Of a stretch of 64,000 nucleotides of DNA, positions 58,651 to 64,000 are shown one piece after another. The notes under the pieces are model-generated. The model had not been told where the DNA came from, searched no databases, and was given only the letters and a program-made list of their open reading frames with translations. The number at the start of each line of letters is the position of its first letter. The stretch's first letter is position 1. Origin of the DNA: an uncultured Dehalococcoidales bacterium (lineage in GTDB: Bacteria; Chloroflexota; Dehalococcoidia; GIF9; AB-539-J10); NCBI GenBank assembly GCA_964652095.1, contig CAZZAC010000001.1, forward strand, positions 9,258 through 73,257, read 5' to 3'. A program made the position numbers and the translations under genes.

Positions 58651-59133
58651 GTGAAAGAGATTTTTGAAATTCTGGAACAGAATGGCCGGGCAACTCCGGA
58701 ACAGATTTCCACCATGGTGGATGAACCTGTCAGGGAGGTAGAGAAAATAATTAAACAGGCTGAGAAAGATGGGACTATTCTGAAATATAAAACCATAATA
58801 AACTGGCCTAAATTAGGAGAAGAAGATATATGGGCTTTAATCGAAGTCAGAGTAACACCGCAACGTGATGTCGGGTTCGATGCCATTGCCGAGCGCATTT
58901 ATCAATTTCCTGAAGTGCATTCTGCATATCTGGTCTCAGGTACCTATGACCTGGCTATACTGGTGAAAGGCAAAAATATGCAGGAAATTTCCAGTTTTGT
59001 CACGGAGAAACTAGCCCCTCTGGAGATGGTGCAAAGCACTGTCACCCACTTTCTTCTCAAACGATATAAGGAAAACGGGGAGACCTTTCACCTTCCCAAG
59101 GAAATAAATAAACGTTTACCGATAACACCGTAA
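58651..59133 (+). CDS. Lrp/AsnC-family transcriptional regulator
   Basis: 160 aa. N-terminal HTH (IFEILEQNGRATPEQIS) and C-terminal RAM-like domain (AYLVSGTYDLAILVKG). Confidence 0.8.
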   Translation: MKEIFEILEQNGRATPEQISTMVDEPVREVEKIIKQAEKDGTILKYKTIINWPKLGEEDIWALIEVRVTPQRDVGFDAIAERIYQFPEVHSAYLVSGTYDLAILVKGKNMQEISSFVTEKLAPLEMVQSTVTHFLLKRYKENGETFHLPKEINKRLPITP

Positions 59134-59134
59134 T

Positions 59135-60340
59135 ATGCTGAACACGAAGTCCGCTCCAACTCAAGCCCGGGATAACCTGATTTCACAAAAGGTGACTAGC
59201 CTTCCGCCATCGGGCATCAGGAAATTCTTCGACCTGCTTTCCTCAATGGAAGACATTATCTCGCTTGGTATAGGTGAACCTGATTTCGTTACTCCCTGGC
59301 ATATTCGGGAGGCAGGCACATATTCTCTGGAAAAAGGCTATACCATGTATACCTCGAACTCCGGCATGCCGGAACTACGCCAGGAATTAGCCAGCTACCT
59401 GGAGCTTCGTTATGGGGTGAGTTATCATCCTGAGCATGAAATTCTTGTTACCACAGGAACTAGTGAAGGATTAGACCTTGCTCTGAGAGCAATTATCAAT
59501 CCCGGTGACGAAGTCATAATTCCCGACCCTTGTTATGTGGCTTATCCTGCCGACATCATTCTGGCTGGCGGCGTGCCTATTCTTGTTCCCACAAACGAAG
59601 AAAACAACTTTGTCGTCAGGGCAACCGATATTGAAGCCAGGATCACGAAGCAGACGAAGGCTATTTTGATAGGTTACCCAGCAAATCCCACTGGCGCAGT
59701 CATGTCCAAAAAAGAGGCTGACGCTATTGCCGGGCTGGCCAAAAAGCATGATTTATTGTTAATATCTGATGAGATATATGCTCGTTTAGTCTATGGAGTC
59801 GAACATATTTGCTTTCCCAGCCTTCCCGGGATGAAGAAGCGGACCATCCTGATTAGCGGATTTTCCAAATCTCATGCTATGACCGGCTGGCGTATTGGCT
59901 ATGTGGCAGCCGACCGCCGTTTCATCCAGGCCCTGACAAAAATTCATCAATACACATTGCTCTGTGCCCCGACGATGACTCAGATGGCGGCCATCGAGGC
60001 CCTAAGAAACGGTGATGGCGAGGTCGAAAAGATGGTTCAAGAATACAACAGACGCCGTCGCTTCATGGTTAAGAGATTGAATGAGATTGGCTTGCCCTGT
60101 TTCGAGCCCAAGGGCGCTTTCTTTGCCTTTCCCTCTATAAAAGCTACCGGAATGAATTCAGAAGAGTTTGCTGAAAAGCTGCTATTGGAAGAAAAAGTTG
60201 CCGTGGTCCCGGGCCTTGCCTTCGGACCATGCGGTGAAGGTTTTGCCCGCTGCTGCTATGCTACTTCCTTACCTAATATTGAGGAAGCACTGAGAAGAAT
60301 GGACAGGTTTATAAGAAAAAGTAGGCTAACCACAGCATAA
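59135..60340 (+). CDS. PLP-dependent class I/II aminotransferase (aspartate/aromatic aminotransferase-like)
   Basis: 401 aa. PLP lysine region SGFSKSHAMTGWRIGY and general AAT-fold motifs. Confidence 0.85.
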   Translation: MLNTKSAPTQARDNLISQKVTSLPPSGIRKFFDLLSSMEDIISLGIGEPDFVTPWHIREAGTYSLEKGYTMYTSNSGMPELRQELASYLELRYGVSYHPEHEILVTTGTSEGLDLALRAIINPGDEVIIPDPCYVAYPADIILAGGVPILVPTNEENNFVVRATDIEARITKQTKAILIGYPANPTGAVMSKKEADAIAGLAKKHDLLLISDEIYARLVYGVEHICFPSLPGMKKRTILISGFSKSHAMTGWRIGYVAADRRFIQALTKIHQYTLLCAPTMTQMAAIEALRNGDGEVEKMVQEYNRRRRFMVKRLNEIGLPCFEPKGAFFAFPSIKATGMNSEEFAEKLLLEEKVAVVPGLAFGPCGEGFARCCYATSLPNIEEALRRMDRFIRKSRLTTA

Positions 60341-60489
60341 GAGGCAAATTAGAAACAAGTTTGAGTTTTATCCATTTATTCCGAAAGGTGCACCAGTTAC
60401 CCCTGGGCATGACAGGATCTCTCGGTGGTAACCTCATTAGCAAAGGGAACAAGGACTCTACGTGAATTTTCTCAGGAGGTAAATTAGTT

Positions 60490-61833
60490 ATGGTTGTAGA
60501 AAAGGGAAAAAAGACGATAAACCGGCTGAAATCAATGTACCCGCTCAGGGCCAAGGTAAATGAAACATATCTAAAGAGTGTTGAAGCTATACAAGCGGGC
60601 AAACCCGCTGTCTGGGGTATGCTCAATTTCTACTATGGCGACCCTATCTTAAAAGCCATGGATATAGAAGTGGTCTATCCCGAAAACTATGGCGCCATTG
60701 CCGCGGCTACAGGAGTTGCCCAGCAATACCTGGAGCGAGCTGATGCCGATGGCTTTCCCAGTCATCTTTGCGGTTACAGCCTGACTACCCTGGGCTATGC
60801 GTCCAGGATGATGAAAGAGTTGAATGGGCAGATACCCCCGGAAGCGCCCTTCGGAGGAATGCCCAAGCCCCTATTTCTGATGTCTTCGGCTGCTATCTGC
60901 GATGCAAGGTACAAGTGGTTCCAGGCGCTGGGGCGTTACATGGATGCCCCGGTATGGACACTGGAAGCACCTACCCCCGGCGTCAAGGAATTTTTCATCG
61001 AGGGCTATTATGACAGCATGGTGGACCTGGGAGTCAAGCACCTGAGGGACTTTGTTGCTTTCGTGGAAGGTATGGTGGGCAAGAAGATGGACTGGGACAA
61101 GCTGGATAAAACAACGAACCTTATGATAGAGATTAACCGCGTTTGGCATGAAGTCAACGAGCTGCGCAAGGCGAAGCCATGCCCAATGCACAGCAGGGAT
61201 TTTTGGAGCGCCATGCCCGCCGCCCTGTTCCTGGCTGGCGACCTCGAGGACTCACTGAGACTCTACCAGAATATGTACAAGGAGGTCAAAGACAGAGTCA
61301 ATAGCCATCTAGGCGCTATCCCTGAGGAGAAATACCGGCTGGTATTCGCCGAGCTCCCCCCATGGCATAGCCTGGGCTTTTTCGACAAGCTGGCTGAGAG
61401 GGGATGGAACTTCGTCGTCGAGAGCTTTGGCTACCGTCCACCTATACCCATCGACCTCAGCAAGGTCAGTGACCCGCTGGAGCGCATCACCAGGTTCAGC
61501 CTCCAGTTCTTTGCCGGCTACTACGAAGATGCCCGGAAACAGAACGTGCTCGGCGGCGCCTTCGCCTATCCTTACCTGAAGTATGCCAGGGAATGGAAGT
61601 GTGACGGGGCACTTCTTCACCCCCTTATCAGTTGCCGTAGCGCCTCTACCCACCTTCCATACGTCGCAGACATGCTCATGGAGGAACTGAAGGTGCCTTC
61701 ACTGAGCATCGAAGGCGATATCGTAGACCTCCGCCTGTTTAATCCGGAAGATGCTTTAGCCAAGGCGGAGCCATTCGAGGAAACCATGGAGCACTACAGA
61801 AAGATAAGGAAACAGGCAGGGTTCGACTGGTGA
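60490..61833 (+). CDS. 2-hydroxyacyl-CoA dehydratase family subunit (HgdA/HgdB, BcrC/BadD-like)
   Basis: 447 aa. Family-level similarity, including the conserved Cys in GFPSHLCGYS. Confidence 0.75.
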   Translation: MVVEKGKKTINRLKSMYPLRAKVNETYLKSVEAIQAGKPAVWGMLNFYYGDPILKAMDIEVVYPENYGAIAAATGVAQQYLERADADGFPSHLCGYSLTTLGYASRMMKELNGQIPPEAPFGGMPKPLFLMSSAAICDARYKWFQALGRYMDAPVWTLEAPTPGVKEFFIEGYYDSMVDLGVKHLRDFVAFVEGMVGKKMDWDKLDKTTNLMIEINRVWHEVNELRKAKPCPMHSRDFWSAMPAALFLAGDLEDSLRLYQNMYKEVKDRVNSHLGAIPEEKYRLVFAELPPWHSLGFFDKLAERGWNFVVESFGYRPPIPIDLSKVSDPLERITRFSLQFFAGYYEDARKQNVLGGAFAYPYLKYAREWKCDGALLHPLISCRSASTHLPYVADMLMEELKVPSLSIEGDIVDLRLFNPEDALAKAEPFEETMEHYRKIRKQAGFDW

Positions 61834-61869
61834 AATAATCCAGGATTTCAATCTAACAAGGAGGCAGCG

Positions 61870-63036
61870 ATGTCAGACAAAAACAAGGGTCTCAGCAAAG
61901 CCCAGGAAATCTATTTAAATCGTTCGCAGAGAGCCAGGGAGCTCAAGGCAGCGGGCAAAAAGATAATAGGCTATCCCTGTGTCTACGTTCCACTGGAGAT
62001 GCTTACTGCCCTTGATCTTGTCCCGTACCGGACATGCGGCGCTATAAAGGAACCGGTCACTGAAGCAGACAGGGCTTTGCCTAGTTCATTCTGTCCTATC
62101 ATGCGTAACTGCCTCGATTGCGCCCTGAAGGGCAAAAATGATTTCCTTGATGGCATGGCTACCATTCACTCCTGTGACCCTCAGGAAAAAACAGCTCACG
62201 TCTGGGAATCTTATACCAACTATCCCTACTTCCACTTCATAGACATGCCCAGCACAGTTCGTCCCGAGGCCCTGGAATACTTTAAAAGCCAGCTAAACGA
62301 TTTCAGAAAGACTCTGGAAGCTTTCACCGGCAAGAAATTGTCCACAGACAAGCTTGAGGCAGCTATTAAATCCCATAACCAGCAGCGGACTCTGGTGAGA
62401 GAACTATACGAGCTGACAAAGCCGTCTCCACCCCGTATCTCGGGAACGGAAATCGTTCAGGTAGTAAAAGCTCTGATGAGCCTGCCCGTAGTTGAAGGAA
62501 ATGACCTGTTAACGGAGGTTATAAGCGAAGCCAAAAACCGTACCGATGGACCGGAAAAGGAATCAGCACGTCTCCTCATATGGGGCAGCATCCTTGACGA
62601 TACCGACATCATGCAAGTATTCGAAGCTAAGGCAAATGTGGTGATGGACGAAAGCTGTGGCGGCATCAGGGCTTACAGAGCCGAAGTAAAATTTACTGCT
62701 GACCCGCTGGAAGGGCTGGCCGACTACTATCTCAAAGAAATCACCTGTGCCCGTACTTTCAGGCAGGCTACTCTCGGTGAGACCAGAAAGGACTATGCCA
62801 GAGACCTGCAAAGCCGTTTCGGCTATCTTAAAGGCATCATCAAAGAATGGAAAATCAACGGCGCCATAATGCTGCTCGTCAGGTATTGTGACCCCTTTGC
62901 CTTTGAAATACCATCGCTCAAAGACTATTTCGGCGGTCTCGGCGTTCCCAGCACCTACATAGAATACGACTACACTACAGGAGCCCTGGCACCATTGAGA
63001 ACCAGGGTCGAAGCCTTCCTTGAGACAATCAGCTAA
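61870..63036 (+). CDS. 2-hydroxyacyl-CoA dehydratase family subunit (second component)
   Basis: 388 aa. Same family, paired with the preceding gene. Confidence 0.75.
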   Translation: MSDKNKGLSKAQEIYLNRSQRARELKAAGKKIIGYPCVYVPLEMLTALDLVPYRTCGAIKEPVTEADRALPSSFCPIMRNCLDCALKGKNDFLDGMATIHSCDPQEKTAHVWESYTNYPYFHFIDMPSTVRPEALEYFKSQLNDFRKTLEAFTGKKLSTDKLEAAIKSHNQQRTLVRELYELTKPSPPRISGTEIVQVVKALMSLPVVEGNDLLTEVISEAKNRTDGPEKESARLLIWGSILDDTDIMQVFEAKANVVMDESCGGIRAYRAEVKFTADPLEGLADYYLKEITCARTFRQATLGETRKDYARDLQSRFGYLKGIIKEWKINGAIMLLVRYCDPFAFEIPSLKDYFGGLGVPSTYIEYDYTTGALAPLRTRVEAFLETIS

Positions 63037-63059
63037 TAGCAAACCACCAGGAGGTCTAC

Positions 63060-63914
63060 TTGTACTTTGCCGGTGTTGATATAGGTTCCACCATGACCAA
63101 GGTCGTGCTCATGGACGAGAGCAACAATCTACTTTCGACCATCAAGGGTCCAACCGGGCCGGAGCATCGCCAGCTTGCCAACGAGGTTATGCGACAGGCA
63201 CTGGAGCAAGCCAGCCTGCAGATTAATGACATCTCGTATATTGTAGCTACAGGCTATGGACGGCTCAACGTCCCTTTCGCAGACCGCCAGATAACAGAGC
63301 TTTCCTGCCATGCCCGAGGCGTCTCCAGCCTTTTCCCCAATGTCCGGACTGCCATCGATATAGGCGGCCAGGATGCCAAGTGCATGAAAATTGCTAACGG
63401 CAGGCTAACCAGCTTCGTTATGAACGACAAGTGCGCCGCTGGAACCGGTAGGTTCCTTGAAGTGACTGCGGCTGCACTTGGCATCAAGCTGGAAGATATG
63501 GGAGACATTTCCTTGCAAGCCACCAAAAAAATCCAGATAAGCAACTTGTGCACTATCTTCGCCCAGCAAGAAGTGGTGGCGCTTCTCTCCCGCGGGGAAA
63601 AGCTGGAAAACATCCTAGCCGGACTTCACGATGCCCTGGCCAGCCGCATAGCGGCGCTGGCACGACGGCTCGGGATAGAGCCTGATTTAGTGCTCACCGG
63701 CGGCGTGGCCAAGAACACCGGCATGGTTAGGGCAATGAAAGAAAGCCTGGGCTGCGAAATCCTTGTTCCCGAAGAGCCACTCCTCACCGGGGCACTTGGC
63801 GCTGCCATCCTGGCAAAGGAAATCTACATGAAAGCAGCAGCAGAGGGTGAGGCCTTGCCCACAAAATCACGGCGGTTAGAAAAAGCCACCTTCTTCAGTT
63901 CGGAGCATCGATGA
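63060..63914 (+). CDS. CoA-substrate-specific enzyme activase (HgdC/HadI-like BadF/BadG/BcrA/BcrD ATPase)
   Basis: 284 aa. MYFAGVDIGSTMTKVVLMD and the actin-fold ATPase signature. Confidence 0.85.
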   Translation: MYFAGVDIGSTMTKVVLMDESNNLLSTIKGPTGPEHRQLANEVMRQALEQASLQINDISYIVATGYGRLNVPFADRQITELSCHARGVSSLFPNVRTAIDIGGQDAKCMKIANGRLTSFVMNDKCAAGTGRFLEVTAAALGIKLEDMGDISLQATKKIQISNLCTIFAQQEVVALLSRGEKLENILAGLHDALASRIAALARRLGIEPDLVLTGGVAKNTGMVRAMKESLGCEILVPEEPLLTGALGAAILAKEIYMKAAAEGEALPTKSRRLEKATFFSSEHR

Positions 63915-64000
63915 GCTGGTTTATGGGTATTGACATAGGCTCAGCATACAGCAAAGGAGTCATAATTAAAGACTTCGAGATTGTTGCTTCACATATAATA
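63911..64000 (+). CDS. second activase-like ATPase, 5' fragment (runs off the window end)
   Basis: Hand translation MSWFMGIDIGSAYSKGVIIKDFEIVASHII from the ATG at 63911, overlapping the previous stop (ATGA). Same N-terminal motif as the activase. Confidence 0.5.
   Translation, partial: MSWFMGIDIGSAYSKGVIIKDFEIVASHII

Noticed and set aside
1-64000. tRNA, rRNA and CRISPR genes
   Set aside because: I searched by eye for T-loop-like GGTTCGAATCC-type motifs, long highly structured GC-rich segments, and regularly spaced short identical repeats. I found none. A covariance-model scan would be needed to be certain.

Overview
This 64-kb window is a bacterial chromosome segment of about 47-50% GC with compact operons on both strands. 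Gene content suggests an anaerobe, possibly Chloroflexota or Dehalococcoidia-like, but that is a low-confidence guess. The ends and middle are mostly housekeeping genes: rpsU-yqeY, argC, folC, hpt, ade, glyQS, a dnaJ-hspR-clpC heat-shock operon divergent from hsp20, a second dnaJ, gpsA-plsY-der-argF, and a thiolase/DUF35/SCP-x-type thiolase trio next to an archaemetzincin gene. Four regions stand out.

1. 1.3-12 kb: a self-contained type-II-FAS-like gene cluster. It carries a KAS-III-like enzyme, a KAS-II-like enzyme, its own ACP, two phytoene-desaturase-family FAD oxidoreductases, FabG/FabZ/FabI-like reductive enzymes and a PPTase. A 16-repeat GLUG-motif lipoprotein gene flanked by about 70-bp direct repeats sits in the middle. 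Convergent on it is a translationally coupled SRPBCC gene followed by a 1414-aa double BadF/BcrAD-activase fused to a HgdB-like dehydratase, then a radical SAM protein with a non-canonical CX4CX2C motif and a DUF362 protein. I read this as a candidate undescribed lipid or polyketide-like biosynthetic system.

2. 39.6-46.5 kb: a roughly 6.8-kb accessory array between ade and glyQS. Every gene is on the minus strand: DUF805, a Trm112-MTase, hicBA (HicA is missing from the ORF track), an ogt/MTase pair, PhzF and two unknown proteins. The left 4.65 kb is bracketed by an about 175-bp direct duplication of the ade 3' end. Four of the genes are preceded by copies of a conserved roughly 100-140 bp promoter/5'-UTR module (-35 TTGACA, 18-nt spacer, -10 TAYAGT).

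3. Two copies of a roughly 190-205 bp structured repeat element (37.15 kb and 47.93 kb).

4. A GC-rich PknK-like STAND Ser/Thr kinase (zinc ribbons, kinase, AAA, TPR) that is probably horizontally acquired.

The 3' end of the window starts an Lrp - aminotransferase - 2-hydroxyacyl-CoA dehydratase (two subunits) - activase x2 module. No tRNA, rRNA or CRISPR array was found.
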